DNA of 64,000 nt from Candidatus Hadarchaeota archaeon (lineage in GTDB: Archaea > CAYQAE01 > CAYVLA01), in NCBI GenBank assembly GCA_964452145.1, contig CAYVLA010000003.1:32001-96000 (forward strand). Reading direction: 5' to 3'. Each line of letters begins with the position of its first letter. Within the stretch, counting starts at the first letter, position 1. Positions 56,249-64,000 of this stretch are shown here, piece after piece. The notes under the pieces are model-generated. The model was not told where the DNA came from. It did not search any database and worked only from the letters and a program-made list of their open reading frames with translations. The position numbers and the translations under genes are program-made.

Positions 56249-56821
56249 GTGGCAAAGATCCAGATGGAGCCCTCCACGCTCCTGTACCCCCTGCCGGTGG
56301 TTTTGATCAGCTGTGGAGAAATGGACAACAAGCCCAACATCATCACGATAGCCTGGACAGGCGTAGTCTGCTCCGACCCGCCGATGGTGAGCATATCCGT
56401 GAGGCCCCACAGACACTCTGCGCAGATCATAAGGCAAACCCGGGAGTTCGTCGTCAACATACCGACCGAAGACATGCTGCGCAAGGTAGACAGGTGCGGG
56501 GTTATCTCGGGCAAGCAGTACGACAAGTTCAAGGAGGTCGGCCTGACGATGATGAAGGCGGCCGTCGTGGGTTGTCCACTGATCCAGGAGTGCCCGGTCA
56601 ACCTGGAGTGCAAGGTGACCGAGATCAAGGCGCTGGGAGCCCATGAGATGTACTTAGCGGAGGTCGTGGCCGCCCATGCGGATGAGGAGGTACTCGAGGG
56701 CGGCGAGATACAGGTAGCCAAGGCGAGGGCCCCGACCTACTGCCCCGTGAACTCGGAGTACTGGTCGTTGGGGTCGAAGATCGGGGACTACGGCTTCACC
56801 AAGCGAAAGAAAGGGAACTAG
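56249..56821 (+). CDS. Flavin reductase-like FMN-binding protein
   Basis: LYPLPVVLISC, NIITIAW, EFVVNIP, IQECPVNLEC. Confidence 0.9.
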   Translation: MAKIQMEPSTLLYPLPVVLISCGEMDNKPNIITIAWTGVVCSDPPMVSISVRPHRHSAQIIRQTREFVVNIPTEDMLRKVDRCGVISGKQYDKFKEVGLTMMKAAVVGCPLIQECPVNLECKVTEIKALGAHEMYLAEVVAAHADEEVLEGGEIQVAKARAPTYCPVNSEYWSLGSKIGDYGFTKRKKGN

Positions 56822-56859
56822 CTGGATCGGGCCCGGCCTGCGAGGATGTTGGTGGCAGT

Positions 56860-58350
56860 TTGGAGACCGATGCCGAGAGACTTGTGGTGGGCTTCTCGTA
56901 CTCCATCATCGCCACCGTCGTCTCCTCGGTCTTCGCATATGTCGCCGGCCTCATCGTGATGAGGCTGCTGGGGCCCGGCCAGTACGGGCTCTACCAACTG
57001 GTCTTCATGGTTCCCTCCCTCCTTGCCCCGGTCCTGAATCTGGGCATAGAGGCTACGATGGTCAGGTTCGTGCCCCGGCAACTGGTCTCCGAGCCGTCCC
57101 GGGCGATGCACACCGCGCGATACCTCTTCATGGTCAGGGCCGGGATCTCCATCGTCGCCTGTGCGGGCATGCTCGCTCTCTCGCCCTTGATATCAAGGGC
57201 TCTGGGCGAGCCGGTCACCCTCGGGGTGATGGTTGCCAGTCTCTTCTTCCTAGCCAACATGCTCTACGCCTTCATGCAGGCCCTCTTCCAAGCCTTCTTC
57301 CTGATGCGTTACAGGGCAATCATGATAGTCCTCTACAGCGTTGCCTATGTCGCCATCGTCTTGCCCACGATCTACGGAGGCCTTGGGTACGTGGCCCCGA
57401 TTGCCGCCTTTGCCCTGGCAGCTGCCTTGGCGGTCTCCGTGGGCCTCGGGCTTGCCCGGAGGGCGGGACTCTCCATCATTGGGCTATCCTCCAGAGAGGG
57501 GATCAACCTGGCGGAGCAGATCCGCTTCGCGGCACCTGTCTACATGTCGAATCTGCTGGGGACCCTGTTCGCATGGATAAGCGTCATCCTGATCAGGGCC
57601 TTCGGCCTGGATGTGGTGACCGTGGGCTACTTCCGCGGCGTCTACAACATCGTCTCCTTCGGATTGCTTCTAGCGATCTCACTGAATGTCGTGGTCATGC
57701 CCTACGTCTCGGAGCTTGAGTCCAAGGGCAACCGGGCCATGCTCGCATTCTTCTGCACCAAGGTTACCAAGCTGCTTATCATCCTGGGCATCCCGGCCGC
57801 GGTGGGACTCATGCTCGTCTCCAGGGCCGTGCTCGCCAGCCTTCTCCCGGACTATGCCGAGGCCACATCCATGATGCAGATCCTCTCCCTGCTGCTCCTC
57901 TTCATGCCGGTCTACAGCGTCTCCAACACCATGCTGACCGGAGTGGGCAGGCCCGATCTAGCCAACTATGCCAGCATGATCATCTGTGCGGGGACCTTCG
58001 TCGCAGGGGGGATCCTTGGAGCGCTGGCCCGGATCAACGGTATCGCGGCGGCCCACGTCGTCTCAATGTTCGCTGGCCTTGTCTACTCCCTTTTGATGAT
58101 GACGCGACTGACGGGGGCATCGATCGAGGCGGCGTCGAGCGTGAAGGCCGCCGCGGCCACATCGGTCATGGGCGTCGTCGTGTATGCCGTCCTGCGCCTC
58201 ATCCCCAGTCCCCTTCTGGGCCTGGCCACTGCCCTCCTAGCGGGGGTGGGTAGTTACGCAGCTCTGGTCTACTTTTTGGGGGCCCTGAGCGAGGAGGATT
58301 TCAGAATCCTGAGAACAGCCGTAGAGATGGCCAGGCAGAGGGCCGGCTAG
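56860..58350 (+). CDS. MOP-superfamily (Wzx-like) flippase / polysaccharide export protein
   Basis: About 14 TMs; RLLGPGQYGLY, NLGI, VGYF, MPYVSE, LTGVGRP. Confidence 0.85.
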   Translation: METDAERLVVGFSYSIIATVVSSVFAYVAGLIVMRLLGPGQYGLYQLVFMVPSLLAPVLNLGIEATMVRFVPRQLVSEPSRAMHTARYLFMVRAGISIVACAGMLALSPLISRALGEPVTLGVMVASLFFLANMLYAFMQALFQAFFLMRYRAIMIVLYSVAYVAIVLPTIYGGLGYVAPIAAFALAAALAVSVGLGLARRAGLSIIGLSSREGINLAEQIRFAAPVYMSNLLGTLFAWISVILIRAFGLDVVTVGYFRGVYNIVSFGLLLAISLNVVVMPYVSELESKGNRAMLAFFCTKVTKLLIILGIPAAVGLMLVSRAVLASLLPDYAEATSMMQILSLLLLFMPVYSVSNTMLTGVGRPDLANYASMIICAGTFVAGGILGALARINGIAAAHVVSMFAGLVYSLLMMTRLTGASIEAASSVKAAAATSVMGVVVYAVLRLIPSPLLGLATALLAGVGSYAALVYFLGALSEEDFRILRTAVEMARQRAG

Positions 58351-58438
58351 GCGAAGAGGCATGGAATCGGGGCACGCTATTGTATGCCGGACATCTGGCT
58401 GGGACCAGCGTGTCGGCGGGCTGGTAGGGCTCGGACCA

Positions 58439-60385
58439 TCAACCGGATTCGACAGGAATCGTGCCCTCCGAAGTCTCCGCGCAAGTACGGCCACTCAACT
58501 CATCTGGCTCCACCGGGAGTTCAACTTGGAAGGTTGAGCCTTTCCCGAGATCGCTTTCCACAACGATCCTCCCACCGTGGGCCTCCACTATCCTCTTGCA
58601 GACCGGCAGGCCCAGTCCCTGTCCCTGGGCCTTGGTGGTGAACAGTGGCTGGAAGAGCTTGTCCATGTTGGACTCGGGGATTCCAACGCCGGTGTCACGG
58701 AATCTGACGGAGATGGATCTGCCGAGGTTCTGATAGCTGATGTGCAACGATCCGCCGTCCGGCATTGCCTGAACTGCGTTGGTGATCAAGTTGTGGAAGA
58801 CGCGCTTGACCATGTTCGCATCCACAGACAGCTTCGGGAAATCAGGCGGGGACTCCGCGTGTACCTTCACGTTCTCAGGAATCGGGACGCTCAGCAGAGT
58901 TCCCTGAACAAGAACGGGAATGTCGCTGCTCTTCCGATCCAGGCGCATCGGCCTAGCGAAGTCCTGAAGATCCGACACAATTTTGTTCATGTAGGCAACC
59001 TCCCTGTCGATGGTCTGTAGCGCCTTCACAAGGCTGTTCCTTGACGCGGAGAGCGAATGGGAATCCATGTCTTGAAGGCTCTTCCTGGCCAGGTAGATGC
59101 TGTTCGTTATCGCTTGCAGGGGATTTCGAAGATCGTGGCCCACCATGGCTGCGGTTTGGCCTATTCCGGCCAACCTTTCGGCGTCTTTGAGTTCCCGGGT
59201 CTTGGCTTCCACGAGTTCTTGGAGGCCGCGGGAGTAGACTCTAAGCTGTTCCTCAGCCCGTGTTCTTTCTTGTACCTCGGCTTCTAGAGCGGCGTTGGTG
59301 CAGGCGAGTTCCAGGGTTCTCGCCTTGACGCTCTCCTCCAGACTAGCGCGAATGCTTCTCAGCTGCTCTTCGACCCGCTTCTGGTGCGAGACATCACGCA
59401 GAACCACCAGCTCACCGATGCGCTGGCCCTTCCGAGCACCCAAGGACGAGATGCTCACGTCAAAGTGCGTAGCACCCTCTGCGGTCTCGACCCGGATCTC
59501 CTCGGCGTCCCGGATCCCTGCCAGAGGATTGACACCCGCCAGGCTGGGTATCACCTCCGTGATTGGCCGTCCGGCCAGGCTGCCTGCCTTGCCCGCAAGC
59601 CTGGCCGCTGAGGGATTATGGTCAATGATGCGATCCTGAGGATCTATCACGAGAACGGGGTCGTTCATCTTCTCGATCATAAGGCTCCCAGCAACGTGGA
59701 CTATGCCAGAAATCCTGCGACGGAACTGCCCCAACATGATAGCCACGCCTGAGGGAAGGAGGCTCATCGCCAGCAGCGCCGGAAGGCGGAAGGCATCGAG
59801 CAGAGTCATCCCCAGCAAGGCCGCAAAGCCAGGCGATAGTGCCGCCACCGCGAGCGACAGGGCCTGCCTTTTCTGAAGGTTTGGAAGACGGGCCAGGGAA
59901 TGGATGAGCAATGCCGAGCCAATCAGTATCAGTAGATGGAAGTACGCCACGAGAGCCCAGAAACCAACGCCGTAGAGAACCTCCGATCCTGAGCCGGATA
60001 TCGTCGGCAAGAAGACGAGGCCGTGGAAGCTGTTGGTCCAGCTTAAGACGATGAGGAGGACCCCTGCGGGCACGAGCAAGGCCAGGTTTCGAGCAGTGAT
60101 CATGCTGGATCTTGCCGAATACTGGAGCGAGAAGAGCACCCATGCGATCGAGACAACCAGACCCGCCGTCATCCCAAGCTTGATGGCCAGCAGCTTCTCA
60201 GAGTAGCTCGTTACAAGCAGCCCGCCAAGGCACGCCAACAGCCATGCCGAGAGGCCCAACATCAAAACGCTCAAGACCGCTGCGCCTATCGCGGGGCGCC
60301 GCCTCCACGCTACTGCCGCTAGGCATGCTGCCATCAGACACAAGGCTGTTACAATGCTGGCTTCTGGAAACCACAGCTCAACCAC
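58439..60385 (-). CDS. Sensor histidine kinase (7TM - PAS - coiled coil - HisKA - HATPase)
   Basis: 7 TMs, PAS (MNDPVLVIDPQDRIIDHNPSA...VLRDVS), VGHDLRNPL, NLITNAVQAM, DTGVGI, FTTK, GLGL. Confidence 0.93.
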   Translation of the reverse strand: MVELWFPEASIVTALCLMAACLAAVAWRRRPAIGAAVLSVLMLGLSAWLLACLGGLLVTSYSEKLLAIKLGMTAGLVVSIAWVLFSLQYSARSSMITARNLALLVPAGVLLIVLSWTNSFHGLVFLPTISGSGSEVLYGVGFWALVAYFHLLILIGSALLIHSLARLPNLQKRQALSLAVAALSPGFAALLGMTLLDAFRLPALLAMSLLPSGVAIMLGQFRRRISGIVHVAGSLMIEKMNDPVLVIDPQDRIIDHNPSAARLAGKAGSLAGRPITEVIPSLAGVNPLAGIRDAEEIRVETAEGATHFDVSISSLGARKGQRIGELVVLRDVSHQKRVEEQLRSIRASLEESVKARTLELACTNAALEAEVQERTRAEEQLRVYSRGLQELVEAKTRELKDAERLAGIGQTAAMVGHDLRNPLQAITNSIYLARKSLQDMDSHSLSASRNSLVKALQTIDREVAYMNKIVSDLQDFARPMRLDRKSSDIPVLVQGTLLSVPIPENVKVHAESPPDFPKLSVDANMVKRVFHNLITNAVQAMPDGGSLHISYQNLGRSISVRFRDTGVGIPESNMDKLFQPLFTTKAQGQGLGLPVCKRIVEAHGGRIVVESDLGKGSTFQVELPVEPDELSGRTCAETSEGTIPVESG

Positions 60386-60783
60386 CTGATTCTTCGTATC
60401 CGTCCTTCTGACCCATGTCGGAAGGCTATCCCGTCTCTGTATCCCTCTTGCCCTCGCAAGAAGGCGTGGCGGCCACGATGTGGAGGGAGCATTATAATAT
60501 TTTCCGCATTCTTTGCAGATTCATCTGCGAACGCCGACAGATTCTCTACCGAAATCGCATGCACTTCAACTCAGGATGGGACTGACCGAGGCTCCTTCTC
60601 CAATGCACCATCCTGCTCTTGAGACGGGTGATATTCTCGGTGGCGAACGATCGCTCCATGCTGCCGGCCTATCCCAGAGCGCTGAAGTCGGGCTGGCCGA
60701 CACGGCACGCCGCAGAGGGCCAAGCACCTTGGTGAGGGGAATCCGGGCCCGGAGAAGAGGGCGGGTTCGTGTCGATGAGCGTT

Positions 60784-61470
60784 TCAGTCGGCGCGCGCCT
60801 CGGTTCTCCTAGAAGGGAGATCGCCCGGGGACCAATGGTTCCCTGATACAGGGTGCTCGAACCTCATTTCCGTAACGGTGAGGGCCAGGGATGCGGTTCG
60901 GGACACCTCGGACATCACCGACATCATCCTGTCCTTCGTGAATCCATCATGATAGATCACCGATGAAACCTCAAAGCCAGTGGGCAGCCCGGACTTTCCA
61001 TGAAAGGCGAACTCGCAGGGCTTCAGGGCCAATACCGCCTTGATCTCGTTGAGAAAGGCCTTTGCGTCCTCGCCTTCAAGCCCACGCAGCCAGCTGGTTG
61101 TCTCACGCCCCAGCTCCACCTTGCATGAGATGTGGACCTTGTCTCCGAAGGTCAGAGTGACTGGATGAAAGAGGGAGGAGGTTACCTCAAGGGTCTCCTT
61201 CGTCTCCCTGAACTGCATCCTCTCCTCCGACAACCATCTCTTCGCGAGGTCCTTCATGTCGCGTATCGGTCTGCCCCCGGGTCCAACCAGCATCTCCCCC
61301 GGGCTGTCGGGCTTCTCGAAGCTCGTGAGCACAAATTCGGCCGGGATGGCTTCCCCCTTGGCCCAGTACGCGAGCAGATACTCCAGATCCTGCTCAGGGA
61401 TGTAGACTCTGACCTTTCGTCGGGTTGCCAAACCAGACATCCACCGGCTCCCAGCAGTCTGCCGGGTCAA
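60784..61470 (-). CDS. DUF2299-like protein
   Basis: KRWLSEE...IYHDGFTKDRMM pattern recalled for DUF2299. Confidence 0.55.
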   Translation of the reverse strand: MTRQTAGSRWMSGLATRRKVRVYIPEQDLEYLLAYWAKGEAIPAEFVLTSFEKPDSPGEMLVGPGGRPIRDMKDLAKRWLSEERMQFRETKETLEVTSSLFHPVTLTFGDKVHISCKVELGRETTSWLRGLEGEDAKAFLNEIKAVLALKPCEFAFHGKSGLPTGFEVSSVIYHDGFTKDRMMSVMSEVSRTASLALTVTEMRFEHPVSGNHWSPGDLPSRRTEARAD

Positions 61471-61693
61471 CCGAGCCTTCTCCTGTTGGCCGCCCTCTTC
61501 CTTTAATCTTTCTGATCATTGATGCATTGATGGAATGAAAGGGCCGATCAGATACCTCGCGGTGACCGCGGCGAGCGTCTACCTCCTCGAACCGACGGCT
61601 GCTCCATCGCCGGTGGTGTGAATACTAGCCCCCTGGAAGCTTGTCGGGGCTCGATCGACGGCAATCGTCTCAAACTTGGCCAAGGAGAGCGTC

Positions 61694-63064
61694 TCATCCC
61701 CGGCCATGGCCCCGGCTGAAGATCCTGACCGCATCTCTCTCGAGAAGGACCAGCTGTCTCTCATCGAAACACTCCGAGGGGACCACCAGGAGGAGCAGCG
61801 ATCCGCTGGAGGAAATCCTGTCGTTCACATCATAGATGCATTTCAAAATCCTGTCGAAGTCATTGCTGGCGACCAGGTACTCGATCCCGTCACAGTACAC
61901 GACGCCACCCGGCGCCTTGTCCAGAAATGACATCAGGACACCTGCGACGAAACTGATGTTGGAGGAACCCAGAGCGTCGGGGTGCGATTTCTCCCTTGTC
62001 AACCAGATGATCGGAGTACGGTGGAAACCGAGCCTCCTCCGCATCCTCTCTGGATACGTTCTCGTTAGGCAGAGCCCCGGACTGCCTGCTGCCACAAGTT
62101 CCGAGAACGCTCGCTGCGCAAGATCATCGTCGTCGAACAAGTACGTCGAACCTTTGTTGAGTCTCAGCCGCGGACTTCCCCGGGCCGCCGAGGTTTCTCT
62201 GATCGGGATCATGTCTAGGAGCCTGTACCTGGTTGTTGTGACATGAAACATGCTGACCAGGGCGAGCATCGCGAAGCCTGGGAGAACATCCATTGCGGTA
62301 ATCGGGGGTGCCCACAGTCTGAAGCCCGATGAAGCGCTTCTCAGGCCAATCGAGATACACAATACCACCGAACAGCTTCCCAAGACGAGAACTTGGGCCC
62401 GCCTGAACCCCCTTGCCCGTTTGGCCTGCACCAAGGAAAAACACACGATGGCAACGGAGTATAGCAGTATCCCGATTGAGTAAATGACACTGGCGTCTCC
62501 CAAGATGGGCAGGCGTTCCGACCCCTCGGGAGGGTCAAGCGGAGCCAAAGCGCTCCCCAAGACAATCAGAGCGAGGGGACCGATGAGAAGATGCCCCCGC
62601 GACCCGGACACCAACCGCCTGGGGTATCTTCCCACGACCAGCGCCGCCGCACACAGCGAGGACCCCAGCAACAGGTCTTTGATGCGTTCGGCCATGAGGA
62701 TTGTGATGTGCCCGCTTTGCAGAGGTATTGAGAGTTGGGCGACTGAACAAAGGACGACCAAGATCGCAATTGCAGACATGTAGGCAGAGGGGCGCTCAAG
62801 GTAGGTGATGTGCGATATCAAGGGGGCGGCAGCCGAGCCGAATATCTCCTCAAGCTTGCCTGTGAAGACATTCTTGGATCCGAGGGCCCCGACGTCCTCA
62901 AGATGTTGGATGACGGTGGCTGCAGCGCGGTCTCCGAGTATGTCTGCGATGTCCCCTTTGGTTGCTTCGGAGACCGGACCCTCACGTCTTCGCATCAAGA
63001 GCACGAGGATGAGGGACAGAATCCCCGCAATGAGCCAAGCACCGTCGACAGCTCTCATCGCCAA
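61694..63064 (-). CDS. Multi-TM sensor with C-terminal DUF835 (degenerate KaiC-like) domain
   Basis: About 8 TMs then GLCLTRTYPE, IIWLT, VVYCDGIEYL..NDF, VND, LLER. Confidence 0.82.
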   Translation of the reverse strand: MAMRAVDGAWLIAGILSLILVLLMRRREGPVSEATKGDIADILGDRAAATVIQHLEDVGALGSKNVFTGKLEEIFGSAAAPLISHITYLERPSAYMSAIAILVVLCSVAQLSIPLQSGHITILMAERIKDLLLGSSLCAAALVVGRYPRRLVSGSRGHLLIGPLALIVLGSALAPLDPPEGSERLPILGDASVIYSIGILLYSVAIVCFSLVQAKRARGFRRAQVLVLGSCSVVLCISIGLRSASSGFRLWAPPITAMDVLPGFAMLALVSMFHVTTTRYRLLDMIPIRETSAARGSPRLRLNKGSTYLFDDDDLAQRAFSELVAAGSPGLCLTRTYPERMRRRLGFHRTPIIWLTREKSHPDALGSSNISFVAGVLMSFLDKAPGGVVYCDGIEYLVASNDFDRILKCIYDVNDRISSSGSLLLLVVPSECFDERQLVLLERDAVRIFSRGHGRG

Positions 63065-63079
63065 CCAAAGTACGAGCGC

Positions 63080-63778
63080 CTACTCATAAAGGAGACCCTT
63101 GACCTCCAGGCCCTCGCCGGTTATCTCGAGGACGTACTTCCGGAGGTCATGCCCCGATCCCCGTAGCTTCCTTATCTGTAGGTATCGGTATACATCCCTC
63201 CGATCGTCCACCAACCCAAGCTCGACTATCCCATCGACCATGTAGTCCAGCGGTTTCTGGTCGGGTGTCTCGGTCACAAGGAGAATCCGCGATCCTGTCT
63301 CTGAAGCGAACTCGATCATCATTCCGTTCAGATCCATCGACGCTGATTCCCTGGCAGTCTGGACCACGGCATCCCAGCTGTCAATGGCCACTACCGGATC
63401 CTTCAGCTGGGAGACCTTGGAGTAGAGAGCTCCGAGAAACTCGGGCATCGTTCGGTAGATGATGTGATCGGCGAGGTTGGGCTTCTCCATTCGGGGCGAG
63501 TTGGCCGCATCTATCACCCCGCCCGGCGGGATCGCCTCCCTGACCCACGGGAACATGCTGTAGAGCTTCTCTGCCTCCAGCCGAGTGGAAACGTAGACGC
63601 CGTTTCCTTCTTTGCAGAGCTCTCGCAGGATTGTTAGCACGAAGGCCGTCTTGCCCGTTCCTGGGGCACCCTTGATACACAGGGCATAGCCTTGGAACTT
63701 CCTCAAGACGTCGAGTATCTCGCTGGGAATCGCCAATCGGAGCCCGACCTTACCAGATGTGTCTGTGCCAGCTTCCAT
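63080..63778 (-). CDS. KaiC/GvpD-like (RAD55) single-domain ATPase
   Basis: IKGAPGTGKT, YVSTR, VAIDSWD, LDYMVDGIVEL, IRKLRG. Confidence 0.88.
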   Translation of the reverse strand: MEAGTDTSGKVGLRLAIPSEILDVLRKFQGYALCIKGAPGTGKTAFVLTILRELCKEGNGVYVSTRLEAEKLYSMFPWVREAIPPGGVIDAANSPRMEKPNLADHIIYRTMPEFLGALYSKVSQLKDPVVAIDSWDAVVQTARESASMDLNGMMIEFASETGSRILLVTETPDQKPLDYMVDGIVELGLVDDRRDVYRYLQIRKLRGSGHDLRKYVLEITGEGLEVKGLLYE

Positions 63779-64000
63779 ATTAAAGTATTCGGCATTTTCC
63801 CCAAGCTTTTGCGATCCTCCCTCTCAAGAAGTGTCGGATTACCGATCAATCTGTGACAAGTAACGGGGGCTATGGAGAGAATGCAGGATCTCCTTCGAGC
63901 CATCTGCCCGCTGCCCGGAGAGAGTTATTAGCCCACAAGTATCGCGTTTGCCAAGGGCTACCCATGACCGAGAAGGGGGTAAGCTACATCGTCTCCGAGC

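Noticed and set aside
60386..60783. 400-bp intergenic region as a structured ncRNA
   Set aside because: Contains a likely promoter for the kinase but no recognisable conserved RNA motif.
1..64000. CRISPR arrays, transposases, integrases, att-site duplications at the tRNAs, rRNA, SRP or RNase P RNA
   Set aside because: No regularly spaced repeats, mobile-element motifs, duplicated tRNA 3' ends or hallmark RNA motifs seen by eye; a covariance-model search was not possible.

Overview
GC-rich archaeal chromosomal segment with no mobile element, rRNA or CRISPR array recognised. The archaeal assignment rests on aIF5B, aIF2-gamma, eS6/eS24/eS28/eL24/L7Ae, RpoE1/Spt4, BHB-type tRNA introns and the archaeal mevalonate enzymes. 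The left half is mostly housekeeping: the conserved L7Ae-S28e-L24e-ndk-aIF5B-S6e-aIF2g-PIN-rpoE1-spt4-DUF359-S24e cluster, a compact Aeropyrum-type modified mevalonate cluster (MVK, two-subunit phosphomevalonate dehydratase, UbiD-type decarboxylase, IPK, IDI-2), a nuclease-less Hef helicase and nadX-nadA-nadC. Two tRNA genes are fragmented by BHB introns: tRNA-Pro(CGG) has 2 and tRNA-Gln(CTG) has 3. The right half is accessory. It holds a 1419-aa membrane-anchored thioester protein with animal-type (CD109/TEP/complement-like) GCGEQ plus catalytic-His signatures next to a stomatin gene, two parallel sugar/amino-sugar clusters (one with a LarA-family nickel-pincer enzyme), a Grs/Gms-like radical SAM gene between two ABC-2 exporters, and a KaiC/GvpD ATPase - DUF835 sensor - histidine kinase signalling neighbourhood. 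Two possible translational-control signals sit in adjacent genes: aIF2-gamma has no canonical start upstream of its first conserved strand (likely AUC start), and the PIN gene is split at a U-UUU-UUA -1 slippery site. All product calls come from motif recognition by eye; no database searches were run.
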